A model generated the notes under the pieces. That model was given only the letters and a program-made list of their open reading frames with translations. It ran no database searches and was not told the origin of the DNA. The position numbers and the translations under genes were made by a program. 64,000 nt of DNA, from positions 48,732,001 to 48,796,000 of the forward strand of contig OZ024741.1 in assembly GCA_964016885.1 (NCBI GenBank). Reading direction: 5' to 3'. This DNA is from Eledone cirrhosa. Lineage: Eukaryota. Of the stretch, positions 39,137-52,114 are shown one piece after another; within the stretch, counting starts at the first letter, position 1, and each line of letters begins with the position of its first letter.

Positions 39137-39626
39137 ACGACTTTACAACGTTTTTATATGATTTATTAACAAAGGTTGAAGTGAGTAGAGCTGGATTAAA
39201 CTGGGCTGGCATGCCAAAACAAATGAACAAACAAATTAAGATTACAGAAGGCACTGTCTACTGGCTGAAGTGTTAGCCAGGCCGTGGTTACACTGTTGAA
39301 GTTACATGTTGGGCAATGTTTGCGGAGCAAAAGAAGAATTGGTGTTTATCTTACCACAGTTGATGCGCAAAGAGAATTAGTTTATTAAAAGAAGCGGGAA
39401 ATTTTCGGTTTGGGCGGAAGTTGAAAATACATATCCGTGCGCGGGTCACGATTGGCTTAACTTAGCCAATTACGCAGGGACGGGTATCAATGCACCAAAG
39501 GAAAGTAGCTTGCTACAAGATAAAATCCACATATGATGTAGATATCATTTGATATGCATATCAAATGATGTCTACATCATTTGATATGCATATCAAATGA
39601 TGTCTACATCATCTGTGGATTTTAGA

Positions 39627-39727
39627 TGAAGAGAACATGTTTTGACTTGTGTTATACATAGCCATATTCGAAATAGGTATAATAAAATAAATAGGGATGG
39701 ACTAAAGTAACTGTCTTTTGTTTATTA
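39627..39727 (+). mobile_element. Inverted copy of the PLE/HHR end at 32574-32677, truncated at the HHR core
   Basis: TGAAGAGAACATGTTTTGACTTGTGTTATACATA..TTCGAAATAGGTATAATAAAATA..GGGATGGACTAA. Confidence 0.75.
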
Positions 39728-39731
39728 AGAG

Positions 39732-39878
39732 ATACGGCCCTTTATGGTCTGAGTTCAAATCCCGCTGAGATTAACCTTGTCTTTCATCCTTACGGGGTCG
39801 ATAAAATAAAGCACCAGTAATACATTGGATTGGGATAATTGTTGGGCTTGTGCCAAATGTAGAAACAATTATTATTAT
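39732..39878 (+). mobile_element. SINE family A (5' truncated)
   Basis: Box B, body and tail. Confidence 0.85.
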
Positions 39879-40464
39879 ACCAAAACTCCGGATAAACATG
39901 TATCGTTGAGTGCTTAGCTTCTGTTACATAAAAGTCGGCTGATTCTAAATCAACTAATCTCTTTAATTGAACAAATATATATATATATATATATACAAAA
40001 TTAAGATAAATTAAAGTGAATTTAATCTAAATCAAAATTATGGGTGTCATGCCAGAAAGGCATGCGCCATATCACCCGTAAAATAAGCTCCAAGATTCTA
40101 ATGAATAGGTCCGAGCATTTTATAACAACTAGGTGGTTTACCATTCGATTAATTGGTAAAATATATTTCTTTAATGGAATATATACAGGGAAGATTAATC
40201 ATATTATAAGGTATCTATTTTTGAAGTTCTAGTTAACTTTATTTAGTTACCTACCTAGCTATGTGTGCTTGCACACTTGTAAAAATTATCCCCTGTGATT
40301 GTTTCATATGTTTATTTATATGTTAATCAATTTCTAGTTGTTATATATATATATATATATATATACATATATCTTAACTATAATAAAGGGAGGAGTGCGG
40401 GACTCCGTCCAGAATATATTTTTTTACTCCGTTTGTAAAATAAGTTGGATTACTTTGAATAAAT

Positions 40465-40650
40465 GATTGTTTCTACGTTAGGCACAAGGCCAGCAATTAG
40501 CCAGTGCATTACTGGTACTTTATTTTATCGACCCCATAAGGATGAAAGGCAAAGTTAACCTTGGCGGGATTTGAACTCAGAATGGCAAGGGCCGTAACTC
40601 TATACGTCAAAGCATGGCGTCCGACCCTCTACCAATACTGCCAATCCACC
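40465..40650 (-). mobile_element. SINE family A
   Basis: Full-length reverse copy. Confidence 0.9.
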
Positions 40651-41029
40651 GATAAATAATTAATGAATATTACATAATTTATGTGCTAAATTTCGTGGCT
40701 GTTGATTAAATATATTTTATAGCTTATTTAATGATTCACTTCTTTAAAATTTTCAAATGACAACACTTCCGGTTAGCGGCCGTTATATTATAACACTTAT
40801 AAAAATATCGCATATATTTCCGTCGCTAATTTTCTCCTAATACAATTTATATATAATATCGTCTTTTTAAAATGTATCATGGATTACGTTACTGATTACA
40901 TAAGACAGTGTAACACAGTCTTCGTTCAATTTCTGTGTATATTGTCAATTACGATTTTATTTGATGTATCATATCTACATGTATATAGTAATAAGAACAA
41001 AGTGGAGATGTTACATTGGAGATTTATTG

Positions 41030-41120
41030 CTCAATCCTGGTTACAAATGTTTCTCGTGATCTGGGTTGACACCCCCAGACCAGACACCAAGCCTGTCTGA
41101 TCCTCAGACTAGTGTTAACA
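41030..41120 (-). ncRNA. Type I hammerhead motif with a branched stem II
   Basis: Reverse complement CTAGT-CTGAGGA-TC[AGACA..TGTCT][GGTCTGGG..CCCAGATC]ACGA-GAAA-CATTTG-TA-ACCAG. Confidence 0.65.
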
Positions 41121-41277
41121 CAACAAAAATCACATCTGTGGACGAACCAGCAAAAACACAAACAAGCATATAGAATGACAAACACACGGGCCTAGAATTC
41201 AACGGACACACCTATCCCGAGCATTACAAGAAAAAACCGTTATAAACAAAAACAAAAACAAAATTAACGGATATAAA

Positions 41278-41427
41278 TAAATAATTGTTTCTACTTTAGG
41301 CACAAGGCCAGCAATTACCCAGTGCATTACTGGTACTTTATTTTATCGACCCCGTAAGGATGAAAGGCAAAGTCAACCTCGGCGGGATTTGAACTCAGAT
41401 CGTAAAGGGACGTAACTATGCTGGAAA
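41278..41427 (-). mobile_element. SINE family A (5' truncated)
   Basis: Family body and tail. Confidence 0.88.
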
Positions 41428-41620
41428 TATACAATGTGTCTGTGATTGTGTATATATTCATTATTTATTTATATATATATATAATATATATATAATGTAG
41501 GAGGTGAGTTTTATTGTAGTACAATAAAGCAATGCAGATATCGGATAAGAAGCACTCTACAGTTTGTAGGACTGGAGTATACATAATATAAGATCAAAAG
41601 ATGGTTAAAGGAGTTCCATG

Positions 41621-41690
41621 TATTTTATTATGCGCATTTCAAAAACAAACATCATCATGCAATAATGTTTGTGTTTTCATCAGATAAAAC
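41621..41690 (-). ncRNA. Type I hammerhead ribozyme (left pLTR)
   Basis: Reverse complement GTTTTAT-CTGATGA-long stem II-GAAA-TGCGCA-TA-ATAAAAT. Confidence 0.85.
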
Positions 41691-42847
41691 AGGAGAACAT
41701 GATATGAAGGCTAAAAAACACTTGTGGATAGTGCAGTTTTAAATCAACATATGAAAAGTGGTTTTAGATTGATGTGTGATATTGGGAAAAATATTTTATT
41801 TAGAGAGAGGGGGGTGGAAAGGATGAAAAAGGGGAGGAGATGAGAGGGAGAGATGGGTGATAGAGAGAAAGAGATAGTTTTTATAACTGAGAGGAGATAT
41901 ATTGTTTTACATAGAGAGGTTGAAAACCGTTGGAAGATAATGTATAAATTAAAAGAATTTGAAAATTAACGAAGGGAGGATATGTGCGAGGAAAAAATAT
42001 TTTATTTAGGGAGGGGGGGGGTAAGGATGAAAAAAGGGGGAGGAGATGAGAGTGAAGGTGGAGAGGGAGAGATGGGTGATAGAGAGAAAGAGATAGTTTT
42101 TATAACTGAGAAAAAGATATATTGTTTTACATAGAGAGGTTGAGAACCGTTGGAAGATAATGTATAAATTAAAGGAATTTGAAAATTAACGAAGGGAATT
42201 TATGTATGAAGATAGAGAGAAAAAAATAATAATTGTGGATGAATATTCTAACGTCAAAAAAAGTGTATGTTGATAAGTATTGTGGCAATTTCAAAATTAA
42301 CGAAGAGAAAAATTATTAAGGTTTGTGTGTAGAAGGATTTGAGAAAAATAATGTGAAGTTAAAGTTTGTATATTGAAGGAATTGATAATATATGCGAATA
42401 AAGAGTTAATATGTATTAAGAATGAGTTCGTTGATGGGGAGAAAAAAATAATAAATTAAGGATGAAATTGAGATTAAAAAGTTTTATGATAGAGAGAAAA
42501 AATAATAATGATTGCGGATGAATATTCTAACGTCAAAAAAACAAATGTATATGTTATGAAGGATTTTACAAGGTGAAGATAGAAAGAGGGTAATGAGTAA
42601 ACAAGTATTATAGAGTGTATAATGCCCTTTAAAGTAAGGTAGGAAGATGGGTATATTTTAAAGAGGTGTATGTATATGTGCCTTTGAGAAAAGATTCTAA
42701 ATTGATAAAGAATTGAATATTAACTGTATACTTTGTGAAAAGTCCTATGGAATTTATGCAGGCAGATAGAAAACAAATCTGTACGTCTATTTATTATAGA
42801 ATCTAGGTTAGAGATAATGGTAAATTTTTCATTTAGGCAGAGATTAC

Positions 42848-43138
42848 ATGATTAATCATCATTCATCTTTCAAATACAAACTTAAAAGAACCAACACGGC
42901 TCTCTCAGAACTCATATGGTCCTTGAAAGACAAAAACATTAAATATACCATCTTTTGGAAGAAGGTTTCTTCTGCATCCTCATACTTGAACAGCTCTCTA
43001 TCTAAAATCTGTAATCTCTGCCTAAATGAAAAATTTACCATTATCTCTAACCTAGATTCTATAATAAATAGACGTACAGATTTGTTTTCTATCTGCCTGC
43101 ATAAATTCCATAGGACTTTTCACAAAGTATACAGTTAA
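42848..43138 (+). pseudogene. C-terminal fragment of a Penelope-like GIY-YIG endonuclease domain
   Basis: NHHSSF..TALSELIWSLK..YTIFWK..CNLCLNEK..INRRTDLFSICLH matches the typical PLE C-terminal pattern (H..SF..T.LS.HIW.LK..W..C.LCL.EK..LN.R.E..S.C.H). Confidence 0.8.
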
Positions 43139-43960
43139 TATTCAATTCTTTATCAATTTAGAATCTTTTCTCAAAGGCACATATACATACACCTCTTTAA
43201 AATATACCCATCTTCCTACCTTACTTTAAAGGGCATTATACACTCTATAATACTTGTTTACTCATTACCCTCTTTCTATCTTCACCTTGTAAAATCCTTC
43301 ATAACATATACATTTGTTTTTTTGACGTTAGAATATTCATCCGCAATCATTATTATTTTTTCTCTCTATCATAAAACTTTTTAATCTCAATTTCATCCTT
43401 AATTTATTATTTTTTTCTCCCCATCAACGAACTTATTCTTAATACATATTAACTCTTTATTCGCATATATTATCAATTACTTCAATATACAAACTTTAAC
43501 TTCACATTATTTTTCTCAAATCCTTCTACACACAAACCTTAATAATTTTTCTCTTCGTTAATTTTGAAATTGCCACAATACTTATCAACATACACTTTTT
43601 TTGACGTTAGAATATTCATCCACAATTATTATTTTTTTCTCTCTGTCTTCATACATAAATTCCCTTCGTTAATTTTCAAATTCCTTTAATTTATACATTA
43701 TCTTCCAACGGTTCTCAACCTCTCTATGTAAAACAATATATCTTTTTCTCAGTTATAAAAACTATCTCTTTCTCTCTATCACCCATCTCTCCCTCTCCAC
43801 CTTCACTCTCATCTCCTCCCCCTTTTTTCATCCTTACCCCCCCCCTCCCTAAATAAAATATTTTTTCCTCGCACATATCCTCCCTTCGTTAATTTTCAAA
43901 TTCTTGATTTAAAACTGCACTATCCACAAGTGTTTTTTACCCTTCATATCATGTTCTCCT

Positions 43961-44030
43961 GTTTTATCTGATGAAAACACAAATATTATTGCATGATGAT
44001 GTTTGTTTTTGAAATGCGCATAATAAAATA
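43961..44030 (+). ncRNA. Type I hammerhead ribozyme (right pLTR)
   Basis: GTTTTAT-CTGATGA(43968)-AAACACAAAYATTAT..ATGATGTTTGTTTTT-GAAA(44011)-TGCGCA-TA^ATAAAAT. Confidence 0.85.
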
Positions 44031-44063
44031 CATGGAACTCCTTTAACCATCTTTTGATCTTAT

Positions 44064-45700
<1,637 letters not shown>

Positions 45701-45734
45701 TGTGATGTATATATATGTATTTGTAGGTGTGTGT

Positions 45735-46072
45735 ACGTGGATGGTTCTAAACATTAATCAGTATACACTGAGGATGAAGAACTCAGAGCTGTACGGGAGC
45801 CTCCCAAAAGTCAGCTCGAAAGTAACACAGAGGTTAGCTGGACATGCTCACCGATATTCAGAGTTGACACTTCACTCAGTGCTCCTGTAGGAGCCTCTGC
45901 ACGGGCACACTAGAAGAGGGAGGCCGAGGTTGACATATGTTGATGCCGTAAGGACAGATACTGGTCTCTTGGAGACGCAGGACATGGTAGCGATGATGAG
46001 CGACAGAGACCGCTGGAGAGAATTCGTCCATGGATCTCGGGAATTTTACCTACCCGCTCTAGATAGATAGAT
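45735..46072 (+). mobile_element. RTE-group LINE 3' fragment with (TAGA)n tail
   Basis: NSELYGSLPKVSSKV..LAGHAHR..LL*EPLHGHTRRGRPRLTYVD..DTGL..DRDRWR. Confidence 0.8.
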
Positions 46073-46308
46073 GATGTATGCATATGTATGTGTGTGTGAG
46101 GATGTGTGTATGTATATGTATGTACATGTACAATTTCTGCGAGTGAGAGTGTGTGAGCGTAGGATATATATATATATATATTTTACGTCTTTTATATTAT
46201 TGTTCTGCATCCTCCTGCATTGAACCACCTAGGTACTATGACATAACCTGTGTATTTGCTGGCATTAGCGTACATATGTGCGTTTATGTTAGTAGATATA
46301 TTAAATTA

Positions 46309-46343
<35 letters not shown>

Positions 46344-46344
46344 A

Positions 46345-46862
46345 CTAGTCGAATTACCCGCGCCTTGCTGTAAGAAAATGATGATTGATTTTAAACCAGT
46401 GATATAATTTATGGAGAAAAACTCTGCATTTCAATTTTACTCAATGTAAAATGTAATGCATAAAAAATTGGAAAACATTTTTTGTAATATATCTTATTTT
46501 GTTTCTTGTAAATAATAATAAAAAAAAAATCAATTCAAAACTTGATCATTTCATTTTTGTGTAAAGCATTATTTTCACTATAGGGGGTTTATTGAAATTT
46601 GCTGAAATTTTGTGAATAGGCATCATATCTTGTCATTTACCTATGGTTTAAATTTCATATAAATCGAAGGGAAACATTTTTCACCGGAGGTTTGTGCCCC
46701 CGAGGAACCCTTTGATTAAAATGAAATATACTTATCCAAGTACCCTGGGCAATGTAGTTTCAGAATATATATGGTTATGGGGTCTATCTCCAAAACCATA
46801 GGAGGAGTTTGTGAACAAACAAACAAACAGACAGGAACTACAACTTTATATATATATGAGAA
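46345..46862 (-). mobile_element. Non-autonomous Helitron
   Basis: Minus strand starts TC..TATATATAAAG..GTCTGTTTGTTTG and ends GCAAGGCGCGGGTAATTCGACTAG|T. Confidence 0.7.
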
Positions 46863-46929
46863 AAGAGGTAGAAGAGAACATGACTGTATTTGATGTTTGT
46901 CAGGTTTACAGTGGGACAAAACAAAAAAC

Positions 46930-47335
46930 AGTAAAAAAAACCTTCCAGATACACCAGATTCTTTGTTTTACCGTTCGTGCATAGTATATTAAGATTTCTA
47001 GGTGTTTCCACTCGTGAACAACATACATATAACTGTCCATGGGTAAAAACCGATTCTCTCATATTTCTACAACTTTGAGACTTTGGCCCTGAGCTTTATT
47101 TATGGCCATAGCAAAAGTGGCTCTAACTGGAAACTGACGTCTTGAGAATTTGAACGGCAGCTTAGTATAGGAAGGGATAAGAGGAATCTTGCGAATAAAT
47201 GCATTTTCTCCTTGAGGATTGCCTCCAAGAATAATGACCTCTAGGAGATGGTTCTTAATCCACCTGACTGTAAAATGTGTGCCATTGCATAGAAGTAGCG
47301 GGTCCGTGTTTCTCAAAAGGATGATGCAAGTTCCA
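46930..47335 (-). pseudogene. Helitron RepHel PIF1-helicase C-terminal fragment
   Basis: LRN....LCNGT, RRQFPVRATFAMAINKAQGQSL, VFTHGQLYVCCSRV, TKNLVY. Confidence 0.9.
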
Positions 47336-47350
47336 ATATTATATTGTCAG

Positions 47351-47416
47351 GTGAACAGAGAGCTGTACTGATGAAGGGTGATACCCAGAAACATTAGTGT
47401 CTGCAGTTCTGTTCGC
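47351..47416 (+). ncRNA. Type I hammerhead ribozyme with a GUC cleavage triplet
   Basis: GTGAACAGAGAGCTGTA-CTGATGA(47368)-AGGGT GAT ACCCA-GAA-ACA TTAG TGT-C(47401)-TGCAGTTCTGTTCGC. Confidence 0.85.
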
Positions 47417-47494
47417 ATGGCAACACAAGAGCAAGAATGAAATGTTCATTCTACTGACATGGTATAAAATTGAGATCGAATGTTATTATTAATA

Positions 47495-47957
47495 GAGCAA
47501 TTACCCAGTAATGTACTGGGTAATTGCTGGCCTTGTGCCAAAAAGTAGAAACAATTATTACAAGAGGGCGGTGGATTGGCCGTATCGGTAGAGGGTCGGA
47601 CGCCATGCTTTGACGCATAGAGTTACGGCCCTTGCTATTCTGAGTTCAAATCCCGCCGAGGTTAACTTTGCCTTTCATCCTTACGGGGTCGATAAAATAA
47701 AGTACCAGTAATGTACTGGGTAATTGCTGGCCTTGTGCCAAACGTAGAAATAATTATTAATAGAGCGGTGGCTTGGCAGTATCGGTAGAGGGTCGGACGC
47801 CACGCTTTCCAGCATAGTTACGTCCCTTTGCGGTCTGAGTTCAAATCCCGCCGAGGTTAACTTTGCCTTTCATCCTTACGGGGTCGATAAAAGAAAGTAC
47901 CAGTAATGTACTGGGTAATTGCTGGCCTTGTGCCAAACGTAGAAATAATTATTAATA
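47495..47957 (+). mobile_element. Head-to-tail array of SINE family A (3' fragment plus 2 full copies, about 47563-47760 and 47762-47957)
   Basis: Repeated box A, box B, body and tail. Confidence 0.92.
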
Positions 47958-48010
47958 TTCGAAAAACTCAGATTACATTTATTGTATTCAGCCATGTAGA
48001 GCGAAATTTT

Positions 48011-48048
<38 letters not shown>

Positions 48049-48049
<1 letters not shown>

Positions 48050-48756
48050 CGGAAAACATGAAACGAAATTTCATTTCCCACTCTTAGTACGGCTGTTACT
48101 TAAATATGACGATAGCTAATAAGCTTGAAACTAGTACAGCGTTCCTTTGTCAGTGTTGAACAAACGAGCAACGATGGTTGCTAGACACTACGGCTTAATA
48201 CGGGATGTTTGTTTACAAACACACCGAGCATTATAATAAATGTTTGGTGAATCCATACGTACATATATATATATGTGTGCATGTATGTATATATATATAC
48301 ATACTACTGTACGTCTGTATACATATATGTATGTACGTGTACATACTTATATTTAAGTAACAGCCGTACTAAGAGTGGGAAATGAAATTTCGTTTCATTT
48401 TTTCCGTTTATCGTTTTCGGTGCACCCGGCCGATTAACCCACTCGATATGCAAATTGGGCTACTCAGCCGTTAATATGCATAAGGTAAGTATATACGTTC
48501 AACAATCTGACAGGAAGGTATACGTTGCTGACGATAGCTAATAAGCTTGAAACTAGTACAGCGTTCCTTTGTCAGTGTTGAACAAACGAGCAACGATGGT
48601 TGCTAGACACTACGGCTTAATACGGGATGTTTGTTTACAAACACACCGAGCATTAAAATAAATGTTCGGTGAATCCATAAGTACATATATATATGTGTGC
48701 ACGTATGTATGTATATATACATACTACTGTACGTCTGTATACATATATGTATGTAC

Positions 48757-48765
<9 letters not shown>
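48049..48765 (+). mobile_element. PLE/retrozyme-like insert in (TA)n: inverted 58-nt piece plus a partial tandem duplication with 422-bp period
   Basis: 48049-48106 is the reverse complement of 48349-48406; 48107-48345 is repeated at 48529-48765; contains an HHR. Confidence 0.8.
48497..48583 (+). ncRNA. Type I hammerhead ribozyme with a long stem I
   Basis: GTTCAACA..CTGACA GGAA..ACGTTG-CTGACGA(48528)-TAGCT AATA AGCTT-GAAA-CTAG-TA^CAGCGT TCC..TGTCAG TGTTGAAC. Confidence 0.88.
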
Positions 48766-48844
<79 letters not shown>

Positions 48845-49186
48845 ATAGAGAGAAAGAGAGCGAGAGAGAGAGAGAGCGTTGACAGGTATCTTCTGTCCCT
48901 TCCCATTAAGAAAATTAACGAGAGAGAAAGGGGTGAACACACCCGCTAACACGCCAACAACACCACTTGATATACATATACATTACCAGTAATGCACTGG
49001 GTAATTGCTGGCCTTGTGCCTAAAGTAGAAACAATTATTAACTTCGAAAACGTTAGCGTTTGTGTGTGTGTAGGTATTTGCGTTACGTTTCGCTTCTTCT
49101 ACCCACCGAAATGCGATTCTCGCTGAATTTATATATATATATGTTATGGAATACTGTTAGCTTCTCGCTACAACAATGTCTATACT

Positions 49187-49273
<87 letters not shown>

Positions 49274-49614
49274 CAGCATTAACTTCCATTTGACGATCGA
49301 GTCAAATTTTAGTTGAATAAGGATTATCTCTGTCTCTTCCCATTAAGTCAATTAACGAGAGAGAAAGGGGTGAACACACTCGCTAAAACACAAACAACAC
49401 CGCGTGACTCATGCATTAACTTCCATTTAACGGTCTAGTCAAATTTTAGTTGAATTAAGAATATCGCCTGTCCCTTAAAACAATATAGGTCCAAGTTTAA
49501 GGACAACCTATCGCTGAGTCTAAGGACTTTTCATGCCAAGTTTGAACACGATTGGTCAACTAGTATTTGAGTGCATTGGTAACAAACAGACCAACAAACA
49601 AGCAATTTATATAT

Positions 49615-50205
49615 ATATATATAATGGAAATAAAAGTTACAGGCGAAGAGGGTAATATCCATCATTAGTTGTCTGCTAGGAATCATAGCTATTCTTCGCG
49701 TTAGAGACAAGATACCTCAGCCTAGGGCGATATATATATATCACATGTGTTACTATTATTAGAAGTGTTACATGTGTTACGCCTCGAAGCAATCGTTGGA
49801 ACAGAAGAATTTTCAATTTGTAAATCGTGACATTGGACGCTGCAAGCAAAAAATGCCACGGAAAAAAAGATTTATCTTAGGAAAAAAGTCTCCTAAAGCT
49901 AGGGCAATGCGGCTAAAAAGGAAAAATGAAAATGAAGAGCAGAAACAAGAAAGACTCCAAAAACAAAGAAAAGCAGCAGCGAAATATAGGCAAAATGAAT
50001 CAGAAGAACAAAGATCAAAAAGACTTGTTGATGATAGGACAAGGAAAGCAACTGTTCGTCAAAGCAAATCATTTGTACGAAAATCACCAAGACAGCAAAT
50101 GGAGAGGAATAGAGCAGTAAGTATTAAGAAAAAACTCGGTTATCAATTTTTGAATGAAATTTCAGTATCACATTTAACCCGAGCAACGCCGGGTACTTCT
50201 GCTGG
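49615..50205 (+). mobile_element. Internally deleted Helitron retaining an N-terminal charged-repeat (STPR-like) coding fragment
   Basis: 3' CCCGAGCAACGCCGGG hairpin followed by CTGG|T. ORF MPRKKR..ENEEQKQERL..ESEEQRSKRL resembles RepHel N-termini. Confidence 0.7.
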
Positions 50206-50227
50206 TATATATATATATGGCTAATAG

Positions 50228-50788
50228 GACTCAGTCCACCCCGCATGATGACCATGTTGGTGGCACAACTAAAGACCTTAGGCCACCATGTAAGGTGCTC
50301 ATGTTAGTGCCATAACAAAAAAAAAAGCATCTAGCACCCCCATAAGGTAACATGATAAAAGAGCACCTAGCACTCATGATAAAAGTGCTCATCCGACACT
50401 GTAAATTGCCTTTTTGTCACAACAAAAGGCACCCGGTCCTCACTGTAAAGTGGTTCTCTTGGCACCACGACCAAAACTCCCACTCCACGCTGTAGAGTGG
50501 TCGTATTGGTGACACGACAAAAAGCACCTAGTCCACACTGAAAAGTGGTTATGTTTATGTCATGACAAAAAGACCCCAGCCCACACTATAAAGTGGTTCC
50601 TTTGGTGCTATGATAAAAAAAGTACCTAGTCCACACTGTAAACGTGGAAGAAAATTCAACTGTAGAAACCAAGCCAGAAACAGATGTGTGTGAACAAGAC
50701 AGTCATCTGACCTGACTTGTCTCACTATGAGACAACTCGAACAACCCATGCTAACTTGGAAAAATGGACGTTAAACGATGATGATGAT
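50228..50788 (+). mobile_element. RTE-tailed element with a ~45-bp tandem array
   Basis: About 9 units, then ACCCATGCTAACTTGGAAAAATGGACGTTAAACGATGATGATGA. Confidence 0.72.
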
Positions 50789-50806
50789 ATATATATATAT
50801 ATATAA

Positions 50807-51106
50807 ATGAAATTTCGTTTACATGTTTTTGTTGATTATCGATCTGTTACATACGTTTCACAGATGATTGGTTCAGGGTCATCTGTGTTATTTGTTGAAT
50901 TACCAAGTCTGACGAGCAGATTGATGCTGGAGTCGGGTTAATAGCTTCCATAGGTGATCCTGAGCTAATCATCTTTGAAACGTACGTAACAGGTCGATAA
51001 ACAATAAAAACATTTAAACGAAACTTCATCGTTTTTTCTTAATCTATTCACTCTGCCTGTGCATCGAGTAATCATATTAACAGCCCGACCAGTAAATCAC
51101 TGAATC
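50807..51106. mobile_element. Fold-back PLE-like insert in (TA)n (arms 50807-50887 / 50949-51029; tail to 51106) with an HHR at about 50900-50995 (+)
   Basis: Arms about 85% identical; CTGACGA(50909)..GAAA(50977)-CGTACG-TA. Confidence 0.75.
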
Positions 51107-51779
51107 ATATATATATATGAAAATAGAGAAATTAGTGTGAGCAAGAAGCCAACAGTAATTCATACATATAAGTGACTAGAGAGAGAGAGAGAGAGAGATC
51201 CTGGTGTAGGAAAAGAGAGGGTAAAGGGATGAGGAAACAAATTCTGATCTCGATCAAACGAGAATTATAGATTTAATCAGAAATTAGTGTATAATTTAAA
51301 TATTGAAATCGTAAATTACTTAATTTGGAGATGAAATGTAAAAATATTACATATACTGCGAAGGATATTGTAAAATATAATATGACTTGCATTAAAGAAA
51401 ACAATTTAATTTAATTAAAAACGTAAAAAGTTAATTCTCGCGTGAACGAGATTTGATTAAATAGCTCTCGTTGAAACTCATTATTTTATTCATAACTACC
51501 TAATATATCTACTTTAATGCAAAGTATATAATCACATCCCAAGCTATATTTGTCTTATAGTTTTAAATTAATCCTCAATCTTAAACATTTTCTAAAAAAA
51601 TATAAAAAAAATGAATTCTCGTCGTAACGAGATTTCCGAAATTTATTTTTTCAAATCAATCATTTTTCTTTGATTTCATGATTATTTAAATCTAATCAGT
51701 AAAAAAATCAAAAGGAAAGTTTTAGGTAATCTTATACCAAACAGAAAGGTTCGTAAAAACAAGAAAACTCAAGATTCAG

Positions 51780-51900
51780 TAGGTTTCTGATTCCGCCATG
51801 TTGTAGTGGTAGAAGTTATGACCCCCCCTCCTCTCCGTGGGTGCCGCTGCTGGTCCTCAGAACAACAATGTCAGACACTGTACAACAGGCGAGTAACAGT
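51780..51900. promoter_or_regulatory. Possible host-gene promoter or first exon
   Basis: YY1-like CCGCCATGTT at about 51803; local GC/CpG enrichment; ATG at 51868 followed by the donor-like CAG|GCGAGT; lies in a TE-poor 3.7-kb stretch. Confidence 0.3.
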
Positions 51901-52075
51901 CTTTTCACGAAGTATCTAAACTAGTATAGTAGTAAATTGTTCGCTTTTTGTAATTTAGAGAAAACAAGAACACCACTTTCTCTCTATATATTACACAGTC
52001 GTTTTATATATATTCATATATATATATATACAAATTTATTTATATACTTCTATCTACATGCATTTGTAAATTTGC

Positions 52076-52114
<39 letters not shown>

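Noticed and set aside
39140-39518. Possible solo LTR (minus strand starts TGTAGC, with AATAAA near the other end)
   Set aside because: No clear terminal CA or TSD and no second copy in the window; left unassigned.
45765-45840. CTGAGGA..GAGCTG/CAGCTC-GAAA hammerhead-like motif
   Set aside because: Lies in RTE coding sequence, with no stem I or valid cleavage site; coincidental.
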